Below are positions 17,839-28,200 of a DNA stretch of 32,000 nt, in pieces; the stretch's first letter is position 1, and every line of letters begins with the position of its first letter. Origin of the DNA: Candidatus Nitrospira inopinata (GTDB taxonomy: Bacteria > Nitrospirota > Nitrospiria > Nitrospirales > Nitrospiraceae). Both the position numbers and the translations under genes were made by a program. The notes under the pieces are model-generated. The model saw nothing but the letters and a program-made list of their open reading frames with translations. It searched no databases and had not been told where the DNA came from. The DNA lies in NCBI RefSeq assembly GCF_001458695.1, contig NZ_LN885086.1, forward strand, positions 1,740,001 to 1,772,000, written 5' to 3'.

Positions 17839-20800
17839 TTGCCGGTCCGGCGCCTCGGCCTCTTTGACTTGTTGGCGCCCCACTATCTCGTGGGGTTCGA
17901 TTTTCCCGACCACATCCAGCGCTATCTTTCCATCATTGCCGTCGATGAACTGCGGACGCAGGTCGGTCCGCAGGCGATTCTCTACAGTGGCACCTGCTCA
18001 GTGGATGGCCCCGGCGGCGGGACCGAAATCATCCATGACCCCCCGGACGGCAGGGGCGGCCGGTTTCGCTGGAACGGCGTGGGGATGCGGTTCCGCCTCG
18101 TTGTTCCACGCGACGGGGCCGCGTTCATCGACACGGTCGTTAATTCCTCCGCCAACGGCAGTTTGCCCCAAGTGGCCGGCGTGCTGAATGATCTGCGTCC
18201 CACCGAGCCGACACCCGCCGACGTTTCGGATTATCCGGGTCTCAAATTTCGCCTTGAGCTGTTGGTCGACGCCCTGACGTTTTCTCTCGGCGACGAATGG
18301 CTGCCGGGGATGCTCCATCCGACGACGCGGAGAGTGGTTCAAAACACCGACCCGCGATTTGCCGGCAAGCCGGTGGAAATTCGTCTGCCGAAAGTGTTGC
18401 TCAGTTACAGCCAGGGCGACGATGACAACGATTTGAGTCCGCAGTTTCGCCTTGAGGCCTGGGAGGCGTCGGGATTTGACGGCCCGCATGATCTGGGCGT
18501 CGGCGAATTCATCAATATGGAGCCGGGCGTCGCCCTCCACCGTTCCGGCAGTTTCGCCTTCAGTCTCGACGAAGTCATATTGGATACGAGCCCTGAAGCG
18601 ACGCCGTCGGAAATTCTCGAGCACTTCGGAGTCGGCGAGGACTGGGAAGGGCTGTACATCAAGCAACTCCTGCTCTACTACTCGAACGATCAGGGGGTCG
18701 GCTTCACGGCTCGATTGGCCGACGCCCTGTTCTCCTTCAATGGCAAAGTCTCGTTCGAAGCGGAATTGAACGTCTATCCCGACATCGCGCTCACGATTTT
18801 TTCCGTCACGCCTCGGTTTTTTCACGGACGTGCAAGAGTCGAGTTCCGTCGCGGTGTCGTCAACGATTCGCTCGATGCTCCTCCCGCCGGCGACCCGCCC
18901 GGGCTTGTCAATCTGATGCAGGGGGACGTGCTGCATCTGGAAATCGGAGGAGGTACGCCGCCGTACACCATCGAAGTCCGCGCCGCCGGCGCCGATCTAT
19001 GGGATGGATCGGCGCGCCGTGTCGCGTTCAATAGTCCCGGCACCCATGACGTGTTTATCAAGGTTACCGACAGCCGCGCGGGAACACCGCGGCGCCATCG
19101 CGAATACCTGCGCGTCGTGGTCGCGGCAAACACGACAGCGGCTCCTCCCTCGGGCGCCCAAGCCGATCGCCGTTCCGACGCCCATCCCTTGCCGGCGCTT
19201 CAGTATGAGGTGACTGCCGGGCAAACCGGCGGACATGACCTGATCAAGGAACGAGAAGAGGGCACGAGCGCCCATTTCAGAGTGGAGGGAGGGGAATCCT
19301 TCACGGTCACCGTTCGGAATCACGGCAGCTCGACCGTTCTTCGAACCATCGTGAACCAGCGGCGGTTTGTGCTGGACGTCGGCGAAGGGAACGACCTGGA
19401 TATCGAGACTCAGTATGATGCCATATCGGCCGGCTCCGTGGCGGAGCAGTATATTCGGTTTCAATTAGCCCGGCCGCGCGATACCACCGAGCTGCCGCGG
19501 TACTTTGATCGCACGAGCGGCGACACCGAATTCGAAAACACTCTTAGAGCGTTCAACTTCCCGGAGGCTTCCGCCGTCCGGAGTATTCAGTTGGACGGCT
19601 ATGCGAGCAACGATCCCAGCAACCCCGCGCGAGACCTCGCGCTCTCCGACCGGCGAAACCAGGCCGTCCAAGCGATACTCGCCGCCCGGTATCCAGGGGC
19701 GACGTTCGACCCTCCGCCCCGTGCGCACGGCCATGGTTCCGCCGGCGACCCGCTTCCCAATCCTGCAAATCCAGCGGATCCGGCCAACCGGACCGTGCGC
19801 GTGACCTTTACCATGCGTGATAGAGGCGCGCATACGCTGACGGCCAGAGCGCGACGCGATGTCTATGTTCCGTCGTCCGGAGGGTCGGGCTCAGAGCCGG
19901 TGCCTGTTCCGCCCACACCGGATGCAGCCCCGTTGCCGGACCGGCTGCCTCCGGCCATCAAGCACCTCGGAGTCCGGATCAAGATCGACCAAGGCGACCT
20001 GGCGCTGTTGGAGTTGTATGGGAGTATCGATTTCGAATCCGATCTCGAACAGAAACTGCGCAGGGAGGGAGCGCCGCCTCCGGAAGAAGGTGACGCCTCC
20101 TGGACAAGCCACGACGGAATCCTGAATTTTAAATTGATCTACCAGTGGGACCGGGCGGCCGACGAAACGACCGTCGCCTTGCAATTGAGCTCCGACGAGG
20201 AAGATCGGGATGGTCTCCTGCATTTCGACAACAATGTCGCGCGCGACGACCGGTTTAAGAACATCGTCGGCGCGCTCATGCTCTTTGCGCCCATTATCAA
20301 CAGCGCCGCCGAATCCGCCGCCGGCAACAGCCGGGACGCCGGCAACTGGGTGGCGCTCGGCGTGAGCGTGGCGGTGCCGGTCGCGATCGGTGGCCTGAAC
20401 GTCTTCAGAACCAGACGCGGCATCCTTTATGGAGGCGAAGGCCGTTTCAAGTGGATCAAACCGGCCGACGGCGGTCCCAAGCGCTGGGACTTCGCCGTCA
20501 TACTCGACTACGGGGTGGAATTCGACATTGTGGCGGAGTCGTTGGGGATCGGCCGCGATCGACTCCCTGGCGCTCCCGCTCCGCTGCCCCCGCCGCTGAA
20601 GGCCAGGTACAAAGCCATCGGGTTTAACATCGCCCGCGGACCGGCCGGCGAGGTCGTGTATACCGCGATCTTCGACCAAAGCAAGGGCTACGACCTTGAT
20701 CTCTCCGATCCCAGCCTGTTTCGCCTGCCCGACCCGCTCGGCAACCTGTTCAGCATCGTGGGTGCCCGTGTGGCGCGGTTCAATCCGGTCACGCTCGAGA

Positions 20801-23800
20801 TCGATTTCGCCATCAAGGTGGATCTCGGTGTCATCACGGTCGATCGATTCAAGGTGAAGATTCCGCTCGATCCGGTCGGCGCCCCTCAAATTCTGCCCAG
20901 CGGTGTTCGGGTCAATATTCCCGGCGTCCTCATCGGGAACGGTTTCGTCAACATCGTCGATGCGGACGTGACGGACTCCAATGGCAACAGCATCCGCTCG
21001 AAAGGCATCGAAGGCGGATTGGACCTTACGCTGGTCTCGCTGAAGCTCCGTATTGCCGGGAATGTCGCCGTTGGCACCATCAAAGACAACAGCAGCGGAC
21101 GCGAAGCCGTCGCCGTGTTTGTCGGCCTGATCGTCGAGTTTCCGACGCCGATCGTGCTTGGCCAGTCGGGACTGGGTCTATTCGGCCTTTCCGGCTTGTT
21201 CGCCATGCACTACCGGCGTCTGGAAGATCCACGGAACCCCACCGAGGCCGTCGGGCCTGCGCTTAAGTGGCTGATCAAAGCTCAGGGCGAGCCCTCCAAG
21301 CTCTACGCGCCGCCCCCGCCGCCCACTCCGGATAAGCGTCTCTGGGGGCCTGAATTCGACCGCTGGAGTTTCGGCGTCGGCGCGGTCTTGGGCACGCTGG
21401 AAGGCGGAATTCTGATCAATTTTCAGGGCATGTTCGTGCTTGAACTGCCGGGCCCGCGCATTCTGATCATGGTGAAAATCAGAATGATCAGTGCGCCGCC
21501 CAAAGTGGGAGACAATCCCAATCAGTTGAGCGTCGGCATCATCGGCATCATCGACCTGGATTTCGGCAAGGGGACGGTGACGGTCGGGGTGATGATCAAC
21601 TTCGAGATTCAGGAGTTGCTGAAGATCGCGATCCCGATCGAAATCTTTTTCAATCTCAGGGAGGGATCCGACTGGCACTTCTATCTCGGCACGATTGCCC
21701 AGCCCGCGTCCGCCGAAATCCTCAACATCGTGCGGGGCAGCGCCTATTTTATGTTGCAGGGCAAGCGTCTGGTGTATGCCGAGTACGGCAGCCGGGTGCC
21801 GGAGTTCTTGCGGAACAAAATTCTCCCCGGCGTGGCCATCGCGGCCGGCATCGAAGCCTCCATTCTGCTGGGCGACCCCGGCTCGATCTATCTCCGGATC
21901 TCCGCCGCATTGCACGTCGGCGTGGCGTTCTCGCCGTTCATCATCGTCGGGACAATGAGGCTCGAAGGCGAACTGCGGCTGCTTATCATCAGCATCGGCG
22001 CGCGCGGCGAGTTCAGCGCGTTGATTTCACAGCGGCCCGACAATTCGTACAAGACGTATCTGCGAGGCGAAATCTGCGGCAGCGTCAGTTTCTTCTTCTT
22101 TTCGATTTCCGCCTGCGTCGGCATTGAAATCGGTACGGAAGACTTCGACCTCACGCCGCCCGCGCTGCTGCGAGGCGTCTTTTTGCAAAGCTACTCGCCG
22201 GTCTTGGTGTCGGGACAAGCATCGAACCAAAAACCCATCGATGCGAGTTTGGGCAATGCCACAGAGATCACCGGGGCCACTCCTGCGGCCGGTGACCTGC
22301 TCAGCGTGCCGATCGATTCGGTCATTGTCCTGCAAATGTCCTTTGCGCCGGAATTGGCCGCTACTTTCAATGCCGATACCTTCACGGAGGACGCCAGACC
22401 CGCGCCCGGACGTCCGTCAGGCGGCTGGTATGAGTTGAGCGGAGATGTCAGACTTCGATACACGCTCAACAGTCTCACGCTGACGGAAAACGGCGTGAAC
22501 TATTCCGGGACGAAACCGCCGATCACCTGGCGGCTTGACCGGCCCCACCAACCCAACGGCGCGGATACGGCCATCGATCTGGCTCTGTTCAGCCGGGTGC
22601 CCACGGCGGCGGAATATGCCGTGGAACGGTCCACCGACCTGCGGGAAAACATTACGGTGCGCTGGGGCGACGTCTGCAGGAGAGCGGCCCCGCCGGCGCG
22701 CGTGTTGTATGCCTTCTGCGGACAGCCGCTCGGCTCGTCGATGCACGGCTGGCAGTTGCGCGGCGTCGCCTATCCGGATCCGCCCGACACCGTGCGGGTG
22801 GAGCCGCCTCGTACTGTGATGGGAGTCTCCAGCCCGGAACATTGCGCCGGGCCCTCGACCTTGGACCTGTTATTGGCCGAACTGGGATTCCTCTATGGGG
22901 TGCCAGCCCAGATCATCGGCGATGAGACCGGCAGCGGTATCGTCGAGACCGGGCCCGCATCCCTGGACAAGAAATGCTACGAGCTGTTTTTCCCGGAGCG
23001 CAAATACATGTCCAATCCCTTCAAGGTGGAAGGCGCGCTGGCGATCTACAGCGCCGCCACGAAGAAAAACGTGTTCGCCTCGCGGGAAGGAGGATTCATT
23101 TCGGAACAGCAGTTCGTCGTCAATCGTCGATATCCCCTGCGCACCCATATGCGGGACATCGGCGGCTATCGGGGTGTTTCCCTGCGCGAATACATGCGCA
23201 TCGACGTGCTTGGGGACCCCGCGCAAACCGTAACCTTAAAGATCTGGTCCAAGAACCAGCCGAAAACCACCCTGACGGCGTATGCCTACGACGGAGCCGG
23301 TCGCGTGGTGGGCAAGGTCCGTTGGCGGCCGGCCTCCGGAAAAGGAACCGAGCAGGCGTCGATCCGCGTGACGGCGACGGGGATTCAGCACCTGATTCTG
23401 ACCAACCGGTATTTTACCGGTCTGCTTCTCGAAGTGTGTCTGGAACGGGCGAGGACCAGGCCCGACATTCCGTCAGACGACCGCTGTCACCGCGTCCTCC
23501 AATTACCGTATGCCGAACGGCGCCGGGTGGCGCAAGGAGAGGGAAATGATCCGGCGCAACTAAACCCCGACATTCTCGCCAACTATCTCAGGGAGCGAGA
23601 GACATGCGCCTACGTGACGTTCGACACCGACGCCTGTGAGGAAGTCCTGTTCTGCGGCGCCGTTTACGGCAAGTTTTATGGAAAGATTCAGGTGCTGGAA
23701 GTCGACGCGATGGATCGGGTCGTGGCGACCCATCTCCTGAGTGCCCTGGCGCCCACCGTGCTGGCCGGCCCGAGCCAGTTGCCTACGCGCTGGCTCGATC

Positions 23801-25257
23801 CGGCCGGGCCCTGGCGATCCGATGTGACGTCGGTGAGCCGATTGCTCTTCGGTCCTCGATTTGCCTCGTACGACAAAATTCTGTTCTCGGTCAAACCAAA
23901 ACCTGAGACCCGCAAGATCCGGATCTCAACGGCGTTGATCACCGATACGCTTCCGTCCATGTTCGTGGCGCTCGTCGAAACCTTGACGATGGGCGAAGTT
24001 CGGCACCACGCCACGGTGACGGAGAGCATCGAAACCGACAGGGAAACCTTGATCGGGTATCTCAACGACAATACGCCGCGTCCTCTATTGAAACCCAATA
24101 CAGTCTATCGGCTGTCGGCCGGGTACACCGTCGTCGCGACGCACCCGACCAGAGGAGAAGTGTACAATCGAACGCAAACCCAAGAGTTCGCGTTCCGCAC
24201 CGATCATAAAGTGCCCGGAGAACTTGCTTCCTATGTGCTGGGCGCTACGCCTGACATGGACGAACGGTTCCACTTCTTTGCGGACCCGCTCAAGGTCGTC
24301 TTCAACGACCCGGCCGTCCTCCGCTTGGTGGAGGCCTATGGCAAGCAACTGCGGGCGGTGATCCGAGGGGCGGACGGAGCGCCGGTCGCACGGAGCCCTG
24401 AAGTGATTCATACGTTGACCGAGACACCGGCCGGCGTGCTGTCACCCTACCGTGAGACGGTTCTGAGGTTGATCGAGGAGGGCCTCTTCCCCTGTGCGGG
24501 CGGGTCGCATACTTTTACCGGCCACGCGGTGTATCAAGCACCCTTCGAATTGAAACCGCTGATGCCCTATGTCTTTGACTTGGAATATACGGTGCCGGAG
24601 GCGGTTCCTCCAGGTGAGGCCGTGACGCCGCTGTATCGACTCACGTTCCAAACCTCCCGTTATGCTGACGTGACGGATTTTGCCGAGAGCCACCGGATCT
24701 ATCCGATATGTCACCGGGCACTGTCGGCCGACATCACGGGCTTGCCGGTTCCCGGCGGAAGCGGTACCCCGGTCGTGGGAGCCGCCGACGTGGAAATCCA
24801 AAATGCCCTTCTGGCAGCCGGCATGCCGCTGGATGACGACACCGAGACGACAGGTTTCACGCTTCTCTGGCGAGAGACCGGCGGACAACACTACCCCTAT
24901 GCGATTCTGATCAATGCCGCCGAGCCTCTGTGGCGCTTCCGGCGCGAGCCGTTGAAGAGAGCGGTGGTCAACGAGCGAAACGAAGTCCTCGACCCCGCGT
25001 TCGTCGTCTATGAACAGCAGACCGTCGAACATCTCAAGCTCCGGCCGGCCGGGGGGCAGACCCGCATCAGCCATTTTGTGCGCTCCACCGGAGGTACCCG
25101 CACGCTGGCCTTCCTTGAGCGGAGCCCGGCGATCACCGGCCGCGAGACGCTCACGATCGAGATCGTGCGCACCGCGAGCGAGTTGTTCGGGTTGACCGAG
25201 CAGAGCGCCGTCCTGTTGAGCCTGGAACTTTTACCGACTCCTCCGTGGGAAGCCTAG
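17839..25257 (+). CDS. Giant (about 2472 aa) multidomain protein of unknown function. It contains an Ig-like (GGxPPYT) module, an OmpA-like peptidoglycan-binding module and a long hydrophobic, beta-strand-like central region.
   Basis: An uninterrupted 7.4-kb ORF with codon usage resembling the flanking housekeeping genes by eye. TTG start with GGGGAGGG 8 nt upstream. See findings for motifs. No N-terminal signal peptide is apparent. Confidence 0.85.
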   Translation: MPVRRLGLFDLLAPHYLVGFDFPDHIQRYLSIIAVDELRTQVGPQAILYSGTCSVDGPGGGTEIIHDPPDGRGGRFRWNGVGMRFRLVVPRDGAAFIDTVVNSSANGSLPQVAGVLNDLRPTEPTPADVSDYPGLKFRLELLVDALTFSLGDEWLPGMLHPTTRRVVQNTDPRFAGKPVEIRLPKVLLSYSQGDDDNDLSPQFRLEAWEASGFDGPHDLGVGEFINMEPGVALHRSGSFAFSLDEVILDTSPEATPSEILEHFGVGEDWEGLYIKQLLLYYSNDQGVGFTARLADALFSFNGKVSFEAELNVYPDIALTIFSVTPRFFHGRARVEFRRGVVNDSLDAPPAGDPPGLVNLMQGDVLHLEIGGGTPPYTIEVRAAGADLWDGSARRVAFNSPGTHDVFIKVTDSRAGTPRRHREYLRVVVAANTTAAPPSGAQADRRSDAHPLPALQYEVTAGQTGGHDLIKEREEGTSAHFRVEGGESFTVTVRNHGSSTVLRTIVNQRRFVLDVGEGNDLDIETQYDAISAGSVAEQYIRFQLARPRDTTELPRYFDRTSGDTEFENTLRAFNFPEASAVRSIQLDGYASNDPSNPARDLALSDRRNQAVQAILAARYPGATFDPPPRAHGHGSAGDPLPNPANPADPANRTVRVTFTMRDRGAHTLTARARRDVYVPSSGGSGSEPVPVPPTPDAAPLPDRLPPAIKHLGVRIKIDQGDLALLELYGSIDFESDLEQKLRREGAPPPEEGDASWTSHDGILNFKLIYQWDRAADETTVALQLSSDEEDRDGLLHFDNNVARDDRFKNIVGALMLFAPIINSAAESAAGNSRDAGNWVALGVSVAVPVAIGGLNVFRTRRGILYGGEGRFKWIKPADGGPKRWDFAVILDYGVEFDIVAESLGIGRDRLPGAPAPLPPPLKARYKAIGFNIARGPAGEVVYTAIFDQSKGYDLDLSDPSLFRLPDPLGNLFSIVGARVARFNPVTLEIDFAIKVDLGVITVDRFKVKIPLDPVGAPQILPSGVRVNIPGVLIGNGFVNIVDADVTDSNGNSIRSKGIEGGLDLTLVSLKLRIAGNVAVGTIKDNSSGREAVAVFVGLIVEFPTPIVLGQSGLGLFGLSGLFAMHYRRLEDPRNPTEAVGPALKWLIKAQGEPSKLYAPPPPPTPDKRLWGPEFDRWSFGVGAVLGTLEGGILINFQGMFVLELPGPRILIMVKIRMISAPPKVGDNPNQLSVGIIGIIDLDFGKGTVTVGVMINFEIQELLKIAIPIEIFFNLREGSDWHFYLGTIAQPASAEILNIVRGSAYFMLQGKRLVYAEYGSRVPEFLRNKILPGVAIAAGIEASILLGDPGSIYLRISAALHVGVAFSPFIIVGTMRLEGELRLLIISIGARGEFSALISQRPDNSYKTYLRGEICGSVSFFFFSISACVGIEIGTEDFDLTPPALLRGVFLQSYSPVLVSGQASNQKPIDASLGNATEITGATPAAGDLLSVPIDSVIVLQMSFAPELAATFNADTFTEDARPAPGRPSGGWYELSGDVRLRYTLNSLTLTENGVNYSGTKPPITWRLDRPHQPNGADTAIDLALFSRVPTAAEYAVERSTDLRENITVRWGDVCRRAAPPARVLYAFCGQPLGSSMHGWQLRGVAYPDPPDTVRVEPPRTVMGVSSPEHCAGPSTLDLLLAELGFLYGVPAQIIGDETGSGIVETGPASLDKKCYELFFPERKYMSNPFKVEGALAIYSAATKKNVFASREGGFISEQQFVVNRRYPLRTHMRDIGGYRGVSLREYMRIDVLGDPAQTVTLKIWSKNQPKTTLTAYAYDGAGRVVGKVRWRPASGKGTEQASIRVTATGIQHLILTNRYFTGLLLEVCLERARTRPDIPSDDRCHRVLQLPYAERRRVAQGEGNDPAQLNPDILANYLRERETCAYVTFDTDACEEVLFCGAVYGKFYGKIQVLEVDAMDRVVATHLLSALAPTVLAGPSQLPTRWLDPAGPWRSDVTSVSRLLFGPRFASYDKILFSVKPKPETRKIRISTALITDTLPSMFVALVETLTMGEVRHHATVTESIETDRETLIGYLNDNTPRPLLKPNTVYRLSAGYTVVATHPTRGEVYNRTQTQEFAFRTDHKVPGELASYVLGATPDMDERFHFFADPLKVVFNDPAVLRLVEAYGKQLRAVIRGADGAPVARSPEVIHTLTETPAGVLSPYRETVLRLIEEGLFPCAGGSHTFTGHAVYQAPFELKPLMPYVFDLEYTVPEAVPPGEAVTPLYRLTFQTSRYADVTDFAESHRIYPICHRALSADITGLPVPGGSGTPVVGAADVEIQNALLAAGMPLDDDTETTGFTLLWRETGGQHYPYAILINAAEPLWRFRREPLKRAVVNERNEVLDPAFVVYEQQTVEHLKLRPAGGQTRISHFVRSTGGTRTLAFLERSPAITGRETLTIEIVRTASELFGLTEQSAVLLSLELLPTPPWEA

Positions 25258-25259
25258 CC

Positions 25260-28200
25260 ATGTCCACCGTCACGCCGCAATTCAGGTTGTTTGCCGAACC
25301 GTTGCCTTGGTCCGTGGGGCAGGAAAACCCGACGGCCAGGATCGCTGAGTTTGTCAACGCTGCGCGGGAGGCGCTGAAAAAGTTTCAGATGGGCGAGCCG
25401 CTGACTCCCGATTACGCGCCGGATTTTTCCGCGATGCCCGTAGGGTTGCGCTGGACGATGGTGCCCGAGTTCGGATTTCCTCGACAGCCGTTCCGTGTCT
25501 ATCGACGGGTCCGGAAATACGAGATGGAGCGACTGATCGCCGCCCCTTTTGTGGTGTCCGGGGCGGCGGACATTCCGTTTTCAACCGAGATGTACGTGCT
25601 CGACGTGCAGGTGACGCTCGCCGCAGGCCAAAGCCTGAGGCTGGAGCCCCGCGACCGTAATGGACGGGCTTTGCCGGGAGCCGGCCAAGTGTTGTCGGCA
25701 AGCGGAACGGTCAGGTTCCGGTCTCCATTCATGGCGTCGTTGCATTGCGCCGGCGCTGGAACGGTCACTGGCGTGACGGGTGTTTCCACCGACAGTGTCG
25801 TCAACGCGGGAGACTGGCAACTGGTGCAGATTGTCGGGTTACCCTTTCCACCCGGCGTCACGACGGCCTATAGCGGGGAGTTGCAGGGGTTTGCGTCATC
25901 GCCGACCGGGCCGGATATGGCCTCGTTCCAACGGCTCCTGATCGGATATTATCTCAAACCACCCGTGCCGGATCTTGGCGCGGCCCCGCTTGCCACGCCG
26001 GCTTGGGAAGCGCCCAGGCCGGATCGATACGTCCAGTATCTGACGACCGATCCGGGAAGCCTGCTGGTTGACATTCAGAAATGTTTGGAAGTTTGCGACG
26101 ATCATTCCTGGAATCCGGCCGATCGGCAGCCGGCGTATGTTGCCGAACGGACTGTGTCGGGAATTCATCAAGCGGGGGTGGCGCCGACGACGTCGGGAAC
26201 CGCGAGGTTCCCCGTCGTGGCCGGCGCGCTGTTGCAGATCAGCGGCGATAGTTTCGCTTCGCTGGCGCTGGGCTATGGCACGTATGATTTTGTCCCGCCG
26301 TTCGATCCGTCGGTCGTCGTGGCGGTGGTGAGGACGGAGTTCGACTACAAAGTGGAAGCGGAATATGTGCTGAGACCAGGCGGGCACATCGAGCTTCCGG
26401 GTCTTTTCGGCGGTCATTCGGATCGGCACACCTTCGCCGCTCTGTCTGAAGGCCTGCTGGCGCCGGAGGCCCCCTCCGACTTACGGGCGCGCACGTTGCG
26501 AAAAAACCGGCCGGGTGGCCGGGACGGGCTGGCGTCCGAAGCCGTCAAAATTTCATGGCGGCAACCGGAAGCGCCCCAAGCCTGGGGTCTGGTCGTCAGC
26601 CGGCAAGCCGGACAGACGGAATGGCTCAACACGGAACATTTCTTCTCTGAAAAAAGTTATCAGCCCTATCTTGCCCGCGCGCCGCAGGGTGAACTGCCCA
26701 GTGAGGATACGGGTCGGTTTCACTATGTGGATACTGAGACGCCGTTGCCTCCGTATGGCTCGACTTCCGTGCGGTATTTCGTCGCCGGCCTCGACATATT
26801 CGGACGCTGGTCGGCGTTTCGGGAGATCTCGCATGCGAGCGAGGCGCTCCCTCCGCAGCGGCCGATCATCAACGCGGTCAAACTGGCTTTGCCGGATCCG
26901 AACGTGTTTCCACCTCCGACCCCGGCTTCAGTGGCATGCCGATTGGAAATCGAATTTTCTTGGGAGTGGAGCGACCGCCGCGCCGCTCAAATCCAATTCG
27001 CCGGCCAATTTTATCCTGCCCGTACCACGCCACCCGCTGCGGCATCGGCTGGATTCTCCGTGCATTCGTCCAACGCGGCGCATCCTTTCGTCACCGTCAC
27101 CTTCGATATGAACGGCAACCCGACCGGAACGGACTTGGGGAGCGTCTATCGATTGAACGAGATTCCTCCGGATGGGGCTCCTCTGCCTCCCGCTCCCGGT
27201 CTTATTCAATATCGGTTGGAGATTCCCGGGGTCACGGCGGAGTTCCCGTCCGGCGCTCCCCATGCCGTGGGCTATGCCGTCTATGTTCGCGGATTGGAGC
27301 GATTGCGCTTGCCGGTCACCGAATACTCGCCCTGGTCGCCGCCGGTCACCTCGGAAATGCCGGACCCCCGCAAGCCGGCGGTTGTGAATCTTCCGGCCGA
27401 CGTCCAATGGACGGCTCTGCCCGACGCAACGAAGAAAGCGCGAGGACGCCTGAGCTGGCCCTCCGCCGCCAACGCGCTGGGGTATATCGTGTGGGAAGCC
27501 GGCGAGACGGCCATACGGTTTGCGCTCGAGGACTATCTCAAAACCAGATTTCCCACCGATCGAAGCCGCTGGCTTGTGCCCTTGAGCGAGCCGCATGTGG
27601 TGCGGGCCACGCAATTGCGCAGCCTGCTTCTTCAGCCGGAGTACGCCCAGCTTTGCGCCAAAGCCTTCACCCGCTACAATCGAGAACTGGTGACCGCGAC
27701 GTCGGTTGAACTCGAACTGGCCGGGAGCTCGGAAGTCTTGACGGTGTTTCGGGTCTCGTCCGTCAACCGCGCTAACATCGAATCGGACAAGTCCGCGCCG
27801 GTATTTTTCGCCGTCCCCCGACTCAATCGGCCGGCGGCCCCCAATCTTTCGCTCAAGCCGAACGAGACCGGCATCGAAGTGCAAGTTCTTGGCAATAGTC
27901 CGGCCACAACCGCCGGCTACCGCGTCTATCGGACGCGCAAGCCGCCGCTCTCCCGAGATGTGGGTGCCAAGGGGTTGCCGGTATTCCGGGAGGATAATCC
28001 GGCTTGGCGAGATTTCACCCAGCGAGTGCTCAATGGACCGACGTTGAATGGCAAGAAGATTCTCGATCCCATGACGGCACGTTCCTGGCGGCCCTTATAT
28101 TATCAGGCCACCGCCGTTGGTACGGCCGATCCGACGCGGGGGATCTATGCCGCCGAATCAGCCGGTTCATCCACCAGGCTGGTCTATTGGCCTCCGGATG

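Noticed and set aside
17669-18187. A 172-aa + strand ORF that spans the leader and overlaps the start of the giant ORF in another frame.
   Set aside because: The product is Ser/Arg/Pro/Ala-rich and has no RBS. It would conflict with the GGGGAGGG-TTG start of the 7.4-kb frame.
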